A DNA stretch of 63,296 nt, filler included. It is 11 parts of 11 records of this genome, joined end to end, with 100 filler letters (N's around TTAATTAATTAA, not from the genome) between each part and the next. Parts side by side here need not be neighbours in the genome. Positions count along the whole stretch, not along the records: positions 28,704 to 35,333 come from SRR31147125_124646; positions 35,434 to 40,910 come from SRR31147125_124880; positions 41,011 to 46,944 come from SRR31147125_125305; 8 more parts are not named here. The stretch is one strand, 5' to 3'. The position numbers were made by a program, and so were the translations under genes. The first letter of the stretch is position 1. The number at the start of each line of letters is the position of its first letter. The notes below the pieces were generated by a model. The model had not been told where the DNA came from. It saw only the letters and a program-made list of their open reading frames with translations, and did not search any database. Positions 31,359 through 45,249 of the stretch are shown here, piece after piece.

Positions 31359-32048
31359 ATGAAAAAGGGGAAAAATAAATTACTTGGCAGTGTTTTTATC
31401 TCTTTATTTATCATAACATTATTCACAATATTCCTGGCACACTCAGGATTATTAAAAAGTTCTTCACCAGTTTTCGATCAGTTAGCAAAAAACCTGACTG
31501 CTAATAAACAATTGATTTACATTGACCTGGATAGAAGAACAAGTGTTAAAAAAATAAAAACCATTATTTCACGATATAATAAATCCATGACGGAATCTAA
31601 TAAATCTGAGATTGCTCATGAAATCTATATTATGAGTGAGAAATATCCGCATATTAATGTCGATTTTGTCTGTGCAACAATTACACATGAGAGTGCCAAG
31701 ACATGGGATCCCAAAGTCGTCTCTAAAGTGGGTGCAATGGGTCTTATGCAGATCATGCCTACAACAGGTGCCTTTTTAGCTGCTGAAGAAGGAATGGATT
31801 GGTCCAATCCGGAAGATGTTTTGTTTGATCCAATTAAAAATATCCGCCTGGGATGCAAATATTTAAACAATCTGGTTGGCATGTATGAAAAAGAAGGAGG
31901 TCTGGCAGCCTATAATGGTGGACCTCAACGGGCAGAAATGTGGCTGGCTGCTAACCGAAATTATGATATCCTTTACCGCGAAACAAGAGATTATATACCA
32001 GCAGTACTGAAACTTTACAATCAGTTTCGTTCAGAATCGGTATTATAA
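31359..32048 (+). CDS. Lytic transglycosylase (SLT domain), membrane-anchored
   Basis: N-terminal TM; HES, GAMGLMQIMP, LAAYNGGP, ETRDY motifs. Confidence 0.92.
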   Translation: MKKGKNKLLGSVFISLFIITLFTIFLAHSGLLKSSSPVFDQLAKNLTANKQLIYIDLDRRTSVKKIKTIISRYNKSMTESNKSEIAHEIYIMSEKYPHINVDFVCATITHESAKTWDPKVVSKVGAMGLMQIMPTTGAFLAAEEGMDWSNPEDVLFDPIKNIRLGCKYLNNLVGMYEKEGGLAAYNGGPQRAEMWLAANRNYDILYRETRDYIPAVLKLYNQFRSESVL

Positions 32049-32196
32049 ACACGCATCTTTTCTTTTCCCTTTTACCATTATTGTTTTCATTTTATATCTA
32101 CCTCATTTACCTGCAAATCAAAAGATAAGACTTGCTCTTTTATGCTAACCTCATTTTAACCATACCTGTAATGACGTTACTACACGGAAAAACAAG

Positions 32197-32225
32197 TTGA
32201 TTATTTTTTAAAATTTTAGTATAAT
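32197..32225 (+). promoter_or_regulatory. Sigma70 promoter of hutH-guaB
   Basis: TTGATT-17 nt-TATAAT shortly upstream of the hutH ATG. Confidence 0.6.
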
Positions 32226-32253
32226 AAAGTTTGAAAAAGGGATTGACCTCAAT

Positions 32254-35263
<3,010 letters not shown>

Positions 35264-35433
35264 GTCGATTTCCAGTTTCATATAAGCAATAAAAAAGCCG
35301 GGCCTGATTCTCACAAAAATTTCAAAAATAAAANNNNNNNNNNNNNNNNNNNNNNNNNNNNNNNNNNNNNNNNNNNNTTAATTAATTAANNNNNNNNNNN
35401 NNNNNNNNNNNNNNNNNNNNNNNNNNNNNNNNN

Positions 35434-35524
35434 CGGCATCCAGAAAGCATTGAAAAAGACTGGGTTCCGGCCTACGCCGGAACGACGGGAAAAGCGCTTT
35501 CGGGGTTTCTTACGAATTCATCAA
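35434..35524. repeat. REP-like palindromic element (partial)
   Basis: GTTCCGGC-CTAC-GCCGGAAC hairpin (35464-35483) followed by ..TTACGAATTCATCAA, resembling intergenic repeats I associate with Desulfobacterales; single copy in this window. Confidence 0.45.
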
Positions 35525-35676
35525 AGTTAAGGATGAAAGGTTCATATCTGCTCTGATTTCCGCCCTCACTCTTCTAAAAGAGGGCCAACATAGCAATATG
35601 GAGTGGTTTTTTACAAGCTGGTTTTTAGCTTGTCTGGAAAAGCAGTGATAAGCGCTACTCCTTATAGGAAGCATGA

Positions 35677-35703
35677 AGGGCGCCCCTTTGTCGGGGGCGC
35701 CCT
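35677..35703 (-). terminator. GC-rich hairpin downstream of the ALDH-ADH fusion
   Basis: AGGGCGCCCC-TTTGTCG-GGGGCGCCCT, 36 nt past the stop codon. Confidence 0.6.
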
Positions 35704-35739
35704 GTTTTCGTTTTGGTGAGAAGTATTTTACTTCGCTGC

Positions 35740-38400
35740 CTAAAACACCTGCTTGTACAATTCCGCAATATCGTTGGGATCAGAGACCGGACGGGCGTTG
35801 AAGAGAGTGGGGGTGTCGGCGATGGCGTGGAAGGGCGCCATGGCCAGTGCCTCTTCGGTGACGCCCATTTCGCTCAGGCGCATCGGGTGACCGTTCTCCT
35901 TCATCAGCTTCTCCACCGCATCGGCGGCGGCGGTGGCGGCATCTTTCTTGTCCAGGCTGCCGATGCTCACGCCCAACGCCTGGGCGACCAGGGCCAGTTT
36001 GTCGGTGGCGAAGTCCACATTGTAGCGCATGACGGCCGGCAAAACGATGCCGCAGGCTGCGCCGTGGGGCACGTTGGCGAGCATGCCCACAGTGTGGGCC
36101 ATGGAGTGGGCCAGGCCCACCTGGGCGATGCCGAAGGCCCAGCCGGCCGTGGTAGCGGCGATCTGCAGGTTGGTGCGCGCCTGTTCGTCATTGCCGTTGG
36201 CGATGGCCTTGGGCAGGTTCTCGCCGATCAGGCGGATGGCCTGCAGGGCGTGGCCGTCGCAGATGGGGTTGGACATGGTGCTGGTGAGCGCTTCCACCGC
36301 ATGGGTCATGGCGTCCATGGCCGTGGTGGCGGTCAGGCCGGGAGGCAGGGTCATGGTGAACTGGGGATCCAGGATCGCCGTGTTGGGGGTGATGAAGGCG
36401 TCGACGATATAGACCTTGCGGCCGGCGCTGCCGCTCTTGATGACGGCCACATTGGTCACCTCGCTACCGGTACCTGATGTCGTCGGGATGACGATGTGGG
36501 GAATCTGGGGTTCGGTCAGGCGCATGAGGGCCACATGGTCGTCGGCCTTGCCGCCGTTTTTCAGGGTGACGCAGACCGCTTTGGCCGTGTCGATGACGCT
36601 GCCGCCTCCGACGCTCACTATGAGATCGGCGCCCTTTTCACGGGCGAATGCCACGGCGCGGTCAACGATGGCAAGGTCGGTATCCTGGGCGATGTCATCA
36701 AAGACACCGACGCAGAATTCACCCAGTGCCTCCTTCACGCGGTCGACCAGGCCGGCCTTCTGCACGCCGGGGTCGGTGAGGATCAATGCCCGGCTGCCTT
36801 CCAGGCGAACCACCTCGCGGTAGATCGACGAGAGGCTGCCGTGGCCGGCCAGGATCAGCGTCGGGGTCATGTACTGCACAAAGGGGATTTTGGGGTCGTC
36901 GGAGAAGAGCTTCATGGTGAAGTTGCTGGCATGGTCGGCGCTGGCCGGCACATGGATGCGTTTGACCTGGGTGTATTCGGCCAGCCCCTCGTGTCCCAGT
37001 TCGCGTCCCACGCCCGATTGCTTGTAACCGCCGAACGGGCAGAAGTCTCCGAACGAGTGGTAGTTGTTGACCCACATGGTGCCGGTCTTGATTTGATCGG
37101 CGATGCGCTGGGCCCGTGCGTTGCTGCGGGAGAAGACGCCGCCGGCCAGTCCATAGATCGAGTCGTTGGCCAGATCGATGGCTTCTTCTTCGCTGTCGTA
37201 CTTGAGGACACACACCACCGGACCGAAGATCTCCTCCTGGGCGATGCGCATGCTGTTTTTGACACTGGCGAAGATGGTGGGTTTGTAGTAAAAGCCGCCG
37301 TCCAGACCTTCCACCTGGGCTCTCTGGCCGCCGGTGATCAGTTCGGCGCCCTCCTCCTGGCCGAGTTTTACGTAGCGTTCCACCGTGGCCAGTTGGGTGG
37401 CGTTGACCAGCGGCCCCTGCTGGGAGGTGGGTTCCAGTTGATAGCCGATCCTGAGCTGTTCGGCGCGCGTTTTCATTTTGTCCATGAACTCGCCGTAAAT
37501 TTTGGAGGAGACCAGCACGCGGGTGCCGGATTCGCACACCTGGCCCTGGTGGAAGAAGGTGCCGAAGAGGGCCCCCTCGACGGCCAGGTCGATGTCGGCG
37601 TCCTCGCAGATGATGTTGGCCGATTTGCCGCCCAGTTCGAGGGTCACCTTTTTCACCGTATCGGCGGCCATCTTCATGATCATGCGGCCCACTTCGGTGC
37701 TGCCGGTAAAGGCGATCTTGTCCACCGCAGTGTGGGTACAGAGGGTCTTGCCCAGTTCGCCGCCCGGACCGGCGATCACGTTGACCACACCGTCGGGAAT
37801 GCCGGCGGCCTTGGCCGCTTCGGCGATGATCAGGGCGCCCAGGGGGGTCGAGGTGGCCGGTTTGAGGACGATGGTGTTGCCCATGGCGATGGCCTGGCCG
37901 ATCTTCCAGAAGGCCATGCTCATGGGAAAGTTCCAGGGGATGATGCCCACGCAGACGCCGATCGGCTCGCGGCGGATAAAGTCGCGGCCCGGAGCGAAGA
38001 CGTTGCCCGCATAGGGGATCTCCTCTTTCCAGGGGAACTTGGTGGCCGCATAGTGGGCGTAGTTGCGCAGGAGCTGCGAGCCGAGCAGGCCCCAGTATTT
38101 GGCCAGGCCGATGATCTGCCCCGAGTCCATCGATTCGGTCAAGGCCATGCGCAGCGCCTGCTGGGTGATCTGGTCGGCAAAGGCGTTCATTTTTTCGGAC
38201 CGCTGGGCCGGCGTCAACCCGCTCCAGGCGCCGCTGTCGAAGGCCCGTCGGGCGGCATCGATGGCCGCCTCGGCGTCGGCTGCCCCGGCTTTGGCCACCT
38301 GGGCGATGGGCGCACCCGTACCCGGATCGATCGATTCGAAGGTCTCCCCGCCGGCGGCATCGACAAATTCGCCGTTAATAAAAAGCTTGTACTGTTCCAT
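35740..38400 (-). CDS. Fusion of non-acylating aldehyde dehydrogenase and iron-containing alcohol dehydrogenase
   Basis: ALDH: IIPWNFP, FTGSTEVG, TLELGGKS, GQVCESG, EEIFGPV, FGGYKQSG. Fe-ADH: GGGSVIDTAK, PTTSGTGSE, DAMTHAVE, HSMAH, PHG. AAGGAG RBS before ATG 38400. Confidence 0.93.
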   Translation of the reverse strand: MEQYKLFINGEFVDAAGGETFESIDPGTGAPIAQVAKAGAADAEAAIDAARRAFDSGAWSGLTPAQRSEKMNAFADQITQQALRMALTESMDSGQIIGLAKYWGLLGSQLLRNYAHYAATKFPWKEEIPYAGNVFAPGRDFIRREPIGVCVGIIPWNFPMSMAFWKIGQAIAMGNTIVLKPATSTPLGALIIAEAAKAAGIPDGVVNVIAGPGGELGKTLCTHTAVDKIAFTGSTEVGRMIMKMAADTVKKVTLELGGKSANIICEDADIDLAVEGALFGTFFHQGQVCESGTRVLVSSKIYGEFMDKMKTRAEQLRIGYQLEPTSQQGPLVNATQLATVERYVKLGQEEGAELITGGQRAQVEGLDGGFYYKPTIFASVKNSMRIAQEEIFGPVVCVLKYDSEEEAIDLANDSIYGLAGGVFSRSNARAQRIADQIKTGTMWVNNYHSFGDFCPFGGYKQSGVGRELGHEGLAEYTQVKRIHVPASADHASNFTMKLFSDDPKIPFVQYMTPTLILAGHGSLSSIYREVVRLEGSRALILTDPGVQKAGLVDRVKEALGEFCVGVFDDIAQDTDLAIVDRAVAFAREKGADLIVSVGGGSVIDTAKAVCVTLKNGGKADDHVALMRLTEPQIPHIVIPTTSGTGSEVTNVAVIKSGSAGRKVYIVDAFITPNTAILDPQFTMTLPPGLTATTAMDAMTHAVEALTSTMSNPICDGHALQAIRLIGENLPKAIANGNDEQARTNLQIAATTAGWAFGIAQVGLAHSMAHTVGMLANVPHGAACGIVLPAVMRYNVDFATDKLALVAQALGVSIGSLDKKDAATAAADAVEKLMKENGHPMRLSEMGVTEEALAMAPFHAIADTPTLFNARPVSDPNDIAELYKQVF

Positions 38401-38764
38401 GGTGTCTCTCCTTTGTTTGTGAAGCCCGCCATATCGATAGGTATAGGTGGCGCAAGACAAATCGATTGAGATAGGCCGCTTCGAGTTGTGCTGCTCTGTA
38501 TCCGTTTTTTATAAAGCGTGTGGATCAGCGGTAACGATTCGAGCTGGTAGGTGACGCTTGCCCCGGTATCTCCCGGCAACCTCGCGTCATTGTCGCTATT
38601 CATCCTACGATCTGATGATCCTAATCCGTGATTGAAACAAATGTCAAATATTTGGTGTGTTTCAGAAAAATTATCGTTTTACACTAAAACATTGCATTGT
38701 TTTTACCGTTATTTTAAGAAAAGAGAGTTCGGCTATATGAAACACCCTTTTGGAGGTGAGTGCG

Positions 38765-40910
38765 ATGCCCAAAACGACAGATGCCTTGTCCGCCCTCCTG
38801 GCCGTCTTTCCGACACCGGCCGGTTACCGGCAATTTTCAGAGGGCAGCGATAACGCCCAGGCCCTTGAGACGATCGTTGCCTTTGCCTATCGAAATGGGG
38901 TCATCGACGCAGCCGAGCCGTCCTTTTTAGAAAATTTCATCAGCGAGAATGAGCGATCGGAGGAGGTTTGCACCCCGCCAAGCCAGATGACCTTCGAGTC
39001 CTTTTTCGATCAAAAGGAGAAGGTGCTCGAACTCAATCTTTCCGCGCGGGCATTGACCGATCGCATCAACGCCCTGCTGGCTGAGCATGGCATCGAGCTG
39101 CCCAAAGTGAGCAACTCCATGCTGTCGCGCCTGAAGAAGGAGAAGGCCGACACACCACACAAGCAAAATGTGCTCAGGAGCTTTGCCTTCTGGCTCGGTC
39201 ACGACCGGGCGCAACTGGGTCCCCGGTGGAATTTCGAGACGCTCTGCAAACTTTGTCAGGGCGGGCGGCAGCAGGTGGACTACAAGGAGGGGGTGAGGAT
39301 CGGTTTCGCCCTATACAGCCGCGGCGATGTCATCGATCATGACATTGTCGGCTGGCTCAAGAAAGAGCTCAAGACCTATATCGAGCAGTCCATCGGCCGT
39401 TTCGCCTACGGTCGCTGGGGAAAGGTGCGCGCCCACGACATCACTACCCTCTATGTGGATTTTCCCAAAGAGGAGCAGGTCGGCAATCCGTTCGCCTACC
39501 GCCAGTGCCTGCGAAGTGCGCTGTCGCTGGCCCATCAGATGGCCATCCGCTGGGCGCTGTCCGACTCCTATTCCCAGAACCGGTTTCTCTCCATCGGCAT
39601 TGCAGCCGGCAACTTCACCAGTATAGACAACCATCTGCTGCCCATTCTCAATGCCAAGCTTCCCGGAGACCCGGTAATCCGCATGACCGACTATGCCCGG
39701 CAGTGTGTCCTGATCAACGATATTCGTGCCCTGCTCAGCCCGCACCCGGCGGAAACCACCCTCTTCAATGACGAGACATTGACCATCTGGTGGATGGTGG
39801 GGGTCTGGAGCACCCTCTACTTCGATTTTATTCCCGATCTGCTGCGGGACACCGCGCTTCAAAACGATATCGCTTCAACCACCCGCTTTGCCGGCATCGT
39901 GTGGCCCTCACTGGTGGATTCCGTGCCCGATGATCACGATGATCAGGACAATCCACCCAACGCCGTCTCGACGTTCCTTCGGGTTCCGCACAACTCCCTG
40001 TTGGGTTTGGAGATTGCCAAGACGCTTTACTACCGGAGAAGGTTCTGGGATGCGATCGAGATTCTCCGGATTGTATTGAGCCTGGACCCGACCCATCTGA
40101 ACGCCCGGACATTGCGTATGGTCCTGCTGCGCAACCTGGCCGTCGATGCCCCCTCCTATGCCGCCTCCGATGGACTGTTCGAGCAGGCGCACAAAGAGGC
40201 ATCTTTCATTCAGCACAACTGCGACTTTCAATCCGAAGACTTCTATTGCGAACATGCCGTGGTATATCTGGCCCAGGCGATGTCCACCTTGAGATATTTA
40301 CGCAAGGGAAACGGAACCATCGATGGGGAAACTGATTCCGAACAGTTCAAACATCGAATCTTTGACGGGCTGGATCAGGCGGATACGATTTTCGGCAACG
40401 GCATCTCGGTCTCGCCCACCGGGATACGGGCCAACTATCTGCTCAATACGGTCAAGGTGCTCAAGAGCATCCTGAGGAGTGAGGACGCGCTCTTTATGGA
40501 TACGGGGCGCCCCATCGACGCCCGCCCGGCCGTTATTCGCAAACCACTTCATGCGATACAATGGCAAATGGGGTATCTGCGCGACGATCTCCCCCAATCC
40601 AGGCCGCTGGAACTGATGGAGAAGATCTTCAAGCTCTATACGACTATTCATGACGACTCGATTTCACTGCAGGCCTATCGGCCCACCACCTATTATTGTA
40701 CGGCCGTGTCTTGGTGGATCTGTTTCCGGAGCGCACCGTGGCCACTGCCCGGCGAACGATTCAGGTGCTGAAGGGGGCTGCGGAGATTGCCGCGAAGATG
40801 GAAAAAGGGGGTTTGCATATACTCTTTTACGCGAACCTATGGTGAAATGCTGCCCGTCCCGGAGTTTGTCGAACATATGGAGCGCTGCATACAGATGGTT
40901 CGAGACACCG
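38765..40910 (+). CDS. Large putative regulator (HTH-like, degenerate class III cyclase-like, TPR); two apparent frameshifts near 40717 and 40805; 3' truncated
   Basis: GGAGG RBS; VSNSMLSRLK HTH-like; FLSIGIAAG and LPGDPVIRMTD cyclase-fold-like; TPR (DAIEILRIVLSLDPTH); coding-like reading continues in shifted frames (DLFPERTVATARR..; CIYSFTRTYGEM..). Confidence 0.65.
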
Positions 40911-41010
40911 NNNNNNNNNNNNNNNNNNNNNNNNNNNNNNNNNNNNNNNNNNNNTTAATTAATTAANNNNNNNNNNNNNNNNNNNNNNNNNNNNNNNNNN
41001 NNNNNNNNNN

Positions 41011-41780
41011 GAGAACTGGGAAGGTGTGCTCCAGGAGCCCGTAGTATTATTCATATAGTAAAGGGCCCCCGAATTTGTATAAAATGCAATATGCAAATTA
41101 CCATCGCTATCGGATATGATCGAGGGATGGCCGCCTTCGGACAAACTGTCCATGGCAGTCCAGCTTGAACCATTATATTTTGAAAGCCAGATATTGCCGT
41201 CATGTGAACCGAGAAAAAAGAGAGAATCATCCGGTGTTATTGCTGTGGCAAAATATTGTGATGTCAGTGTATTTGCGATCCTGTTTCCGGCATCATTTGT
41301 TTGGTAATAAACATAGGAGCCATTATTATCTTCCTGGGCGCAAACATGCAAGCCGTTTTCACTGTCAATCTCAACGGCACATTCGTGATAATGGTCCCAG
41401 CCCATTCCGACGCTTTTTGTCCAGGATACTGATGTGCTTTCGATATTATCGTAGGTATAGATATTGTGTCCATTGGACCAATTATAATAGCGTGCGGCAA
41501 TAGCTGTGAATCCGTATTTATTGACAGCCAATGTGGGCACATAAATTTGCTCTTCATTTGCAATACGGATCTGTTCAGCCCAGTCGCCACTTTGGTTTGT
41601 GACGTATTGCAGATCCTCGTCGTCGGTTGTAAAGGCAATATGAAGATAACCCATGGAATCGGAAGCAACGACAGGACGATCAGCATTGGTTCCATAACCC
41701 ACAGTTGTATAGGTCCAGCTTGCTGCAGATAATAGAAGGATACTTTGAAGACAAATAAACAGGAACTTGATCCGTTTCAT
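41011..41780 (-). CDS. Exported beta-repeat (propeller/BNR-like) protein (3' truncated)
   Basis: Signal peptide; repeats such as SDSMGYLHIAF, DSENGLHV, SDSDGNLHIAFY..YMNNTTGSWS. Confidence 0.7.
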
Positions 41781-41813
41781 GGGACACACTCCTGGAGTAT
41801 TATTTAACGCAGA

Positions 41814-43007
41814 TCAAAATGCCGATGTTAATCCAAGTATGAACATATTATTTGTGTTCTCGATATCGTAGATATACTCTCCGACAAGCCTCAGATTTCT
41901 GGCTAGCAAATAGGTGCCGCTAAAAGCAATGGTATGGTAATCGCTTGCATCCCATCCTGAATCGATATAGTTGTATAAGAGCGTCCAATAAGTATTTGAT
42001 CGATCATATTTTGGAGCGAATACAAGCTCTGCAACAATAGCTTGAGTTTGCACACCGAATGCGCTTTCTACACCACCGGTAAGAAATTCAGGATTACTAT
42101 CGATACGTTTTAAATACTGCCCCGTAAAGGCAAATTTACCAAGATTGATCACAAGGTCCGGACCATAATAGGTTACTGTGTTGGATAGCCCCGGCGTCAG
42201 CACCTCATCCACGACCTTATCTTCTTTACCGCGATAATAAAACCCACCGATGCTGATGTGTTCACCGATACCCTGAGCGATCCTTAGCATGAAGTTTTTG
42301 TAAGGATCGGCATCAAAACGCTTATCGACACCGGCTTCCGGGATGCCGTTACCGGTTGTGATCGTTGCAATGATATCGGTACCGGTTTTGTCGATGCCAT
42401 ATGCCAGGGCAATACCCCGGTCATAGGCAAGATTGATATTTGAATCTCCGATCTTGACTTTGTAGGCATGATAATCTTCGTAGGTCAAGCGAAGCTCACG
42501 TTTCATAAGAGGGTCGCAGGTTTGGAACTGGCCGACTAAAATGTCCAGATTAGATTTAAATACATTATCAAAATGAATGTATGCGTCTTCCAAGCCAGCT
42601 ACTTCGCCACGCTCAAAGAGATAAAAATACATGTAATAGCCGATATTTTTATACAGCGTTCCACCACTGAGGAGCTTGACGCCATAGGGTGCCTGTAGAT
42701 CCAGTTTTACATCACCCCCGGTTTCGGCCAGTCCATAGACATCAAATCTAACCGCAAAGGGAAATACTTTGTTTAACCACAATTTATCATCACCCGCCGA
42801 GATATAATCACGAGGTTTTTCTTCCTCGGGCTCAATAAAGCCATTACCGGCAAATTCATCACCATAATCCTTTAATCTTGGGAAGGGATCGTGACAGGTG
42901 CTACAGGAATATTTGTAGCGTCGCGCGAATGCGGGAACAGCAAATGCGGTTTGTGCAATAAGTATAAAGACAATACAGATCAATAACACTCGGGTCATTC
43001 GTTTCAT
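41814..43007 (-). CDS. Cyc2-like monoheme cytochrome-porin fusion
   Basis: Signal peptide then VPAFARRYKYSCSTCHDPFPRLKDYGDEFAGNGF; amphipathic beta strands; C-terminal Phe (LTSAF); AAGGAG RBS before ATG 43007. Confidence 0.8.
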   Translation of the reverse strand: MKRMTRVLLICIVFILIAQTAFAVPAFARRYKYSCSTCHDPFPRLKDYGDEFAGNGFIEPEEEKPRDYISAGDDKLWLNKVFPFAVRFDVYGLAETGGDVKLDLQAPYGVKLLSGGTLYKNIGYYMYFYLFERGEVAGLEDAYIHFDNVFKSNLDILVGQFQTCDPLMKRELRLTYEDYHAYKVKIGDSNINLAYDRGIALAYGIDKTGTDIIATITTGNGIPEAGVDKRFDADPYKNFMLRIAQGIGEHISIGGFYYRGKEDKVVDEVLTPGLSNTVTYYGPDLVINLGKFAFTGQYLKRIDSNPEFLTGGVESAFGVQTQAIVAELVFAPKYDRSNTYWTLLYNYIDSGWDASDYHTIAFSGTYLLARNLRLVGEYIYDIENTNNMFILGLTSAF

Positions 43008-43017
43008 GACAGTCTCC

Positions 43018-44355
43018 TTAATCATAGACTTCAATAGTCGTTGATGCTTCATTTATCAAAACCAATTCACTTTCATCTTCTGGGGCATTCAGAAAATCAG
43101 CCACCGGTTTCACTAATCGCTGATAGTAAAGTTTTGCTGTTATCGTTACGTCACCGAAGGCAATATCATCAGGCATTTCCCAGGTGAAATGTTCCAACTT
43201 GGTTTCCCTCGGCCCAATTCGGTAATCCACACCGAAAGAACGCGTATTCCATTGTTGAATGGTCATGATGCCATTTTCATCAAAATAGGGCATGCGGAAA
43301 ATACGATTACCAAGAGGAACGCCATCTCTTTGCACACCTTTAAAATTTTCAATGCCCAGTGGGAAACCCATATCCACATAAGCCAATTCATCGGAAGCAA
43401 CCGTATATTCCTCACCCTCGAATCCTTTCAGGTCTACAGGAAGATGGTATTCCTGACCATCGGCATCAACAGCTCGGACATCCAGCCACAAGATACGGTC
43501 TTCCACAGAACCGGAGGGGATCTTGTGCCCCGCTTTGGCATTGAAAAGCTCAACTTGAAACACGACCGCGCCGTCATATGGTATTTCGCTTTCGTCGGCA
43601 TGAATGGATACTTCAATAGCGCTTTTCAATTTTGCTTCATTGTGTGCGCCAAGAAATACATGCTGGGCAACCATACCTTCTTCTGCCATGGGAGCGCTTC
43701 GTCCCGGAGCTTTGGGCATATGGCAGACAAAACAGGGCACACCTTGTTCACCATAAGGTCCTTCAGCCCACTCGATCTGTGTGGATTTCACATAAAGACC
43801 GAAGGGATTTTGCTCATTGTGGCATGATCCGCAGTAATCGGCAATTGTGTAAACATCGTTGAATTCAGTAATGTGGTGGGGTGATTCAAGTCCTTCTTTC
43901 GCACCGTACTTGGTTCTGCCGGGCTCAGAGACCCAATTGAAATTTACCGGATCACCATTTATGCCGGTAATGCTGTGACAGAGATCACAACTGACGCTTT
44001 CATTGGCTCTGGAATTTTCTGATGGTCGAGGTGGAGGAACATCACCTGCAAGATAAGCAAGAGGTGCGTGACAACCGTTACATCCATCTGCCGCCGCCTT
44101 GAACTGGGGATCTTTTTCACCATGAGGAACAGCCAATTCCCAGTATTCGATCTCATCCCAGTGATGAGTGTAGGCCTTGGACATCATGGCTTGTGACCAT
44201 TGTTGATATATGCGTGTATGGCAGCTTTTGCAACTTTCAGGTTTTTCAAAATCGGAGTATTTGCGAGTGCCCATAGCATGTTCACCGCTTGCATTTTCTG
44301 CGGCAAAACAAAGAATGAATGCAAAACACATGATTAGCGATCGTGCAAGTTTCAT
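43018..44355 (-). CDS. Periplasmic pentaheme c-type cytochrome (c554-like N-terminus)
   Basis: Signal peptide; CKSCH, CNGCH, CDLCH, CGSCH, CFVCH; C-terminal GHKIPSG..LWL domain. Confidence 0.9.
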   Translation of the reverse strand: MKLARSLIMCFAFILCFAAENASGEHAMGTRKYSDFEKPESCKSCHTRIYQQWSQAMMSKAYTHHWDEIEYWELAVPHGEKDPQFKAAADGCNGCHAPLAYLAGDVPPPRPSENSRANESVSCDLCHSITGINGDPVNFNWVSEPGRTKYGAKEGLESPHHITEFNDVYTIADYCGSCHNEQNPFGLYVKSTQIEWAEGPYGEQGVPCFVCHMPKAPGRSAPMAEEGMVAQHVFLGAHNEAKLKSAIEVSIHADESEIPYDGAVVFQVELFNAKAGHKIPSGSVEDRILWLDVRAVDADGQEYHLPVDLKGFEGEEYTVASDELAYVDMGFPLGIENFKGVQRDGVPLGNRIFRMPYFDENGIMTIQQWNTRSFGVDYRIGPRETKLEHFTWEMPDDIAFGDVTITAKLYYQRLVKPVADFLNAPEDESELVLINEASTTIEVYD

Positions 44356-44499
44356 AGGATGACTCCCGAACAGTAATAATTATTATTTAATTGAATATAA
44401 GAGATATGAACTTGATTTACAAGAAATCGTAGGATTTGAGATATGCAGAACAAACAGCTTTGCTTCGTTAAATTATGTTTTTCGGAATCTTATTTCTGA

Positions 44500-45249
44500 T
44501 CAAGTATAACTATGCAATCCGCTCAAAATATAGGAGACGCCCCAATAGGTAAATGCAACGGTTAGAACTGCAATGATCAGGATCCATGCTTTTTTGCGTG
44601 CAGTGGGTGTTTTAAGATGAAAAACAAAAGACAGAGTTAAAATATTGATCAATGCCCAGGTTTCCTTGGGGTCCCATGACCAGTAATTTCCCCAGGAGAC
44701 GTAGGCCCAGACCGCTCCGGTGATCAGTCCGACATTTAGAAAGAAAAACGATATCTTCAGCTCTTCATCCAAGCGCTTTGAATCCTGTAGATCATTGGTT
44801 TTTTTCACCAGGATCATGATGGCATATACCATTGCAGCGATCAGCGCCATGTAGGCAAAGAAATACGAAGGAACATGAATATACATCCAAATGCTGTTCA
44901 GTGCGGGCATAAGTGGTTTTGGGATTTTGATCGCTTGCGGTAAGATCAGCGCCACTGTTAAAAATGCAGAGGCGACAAAAGTCATGATCGTTCCATAATT
45001 CCCCTCATGACGCTTTGGCCAAAGTAACATGCGCAGGCAAACAAGGAATGGCAAGAGAAGAAAGGTCTCATAAATATTGGTAAAAGGTGGGTGCTTGGCG
45101 ATAAGTGAACGAGTGATCAATAAGCCAAAATGCGACAAAGCGGCAAGCAACAGGAGCCATGAGGAGACCTTCTTTTCAGGCAGAAGCAATCGAAGGATGG
45201 CAGAAGCAAGGTATAGAACAAGGGCAATGACAAGAAATATTGTTTCCAT
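44500..45249 (-). CDS. ccsA: Cytochrome c biogenesis protein CcsA (system II)
   Basis: HPPFTNIYE, LMPALNS.W..IHV, TGAVWAYVSWGNYWSWDPKETW (WWD domain), GLHSY. Confidence 0.93.
   Translation of the reverse strand: METIFLVIALVLYLASAILRLLLPEKKVSSWLLLLAALSHFGLLITRSLIAKHPPFTNIYETFLLLPFLVCLRMLLWPKRHEGNYGTIMTFVASAFLTVALILPQAIKIPKPLMPALNSIWMYIHVPSYFFAYMALIAAMVYAIMILVKKTNDLQDSKRLDEELKISFFFLNVGLITGAVWAYVSWGNYWSWDPKETWALINILTLSFVFHLKTPTARKKAWILIIAVLTVAFTYWGVSYILSGLHSYT

Noticed and set aside
35740-38400. Calling the fusion adhE
   Set aside because: The ALDH half is of the non-acylating type (LELGGKS, EEIFGP), unlike AdhE.
36496-38469. 657-aa plus-strand ORF
   Set aside because: Exact antisense shadow of the ALDH-ADH fusion, caused by codon bias.
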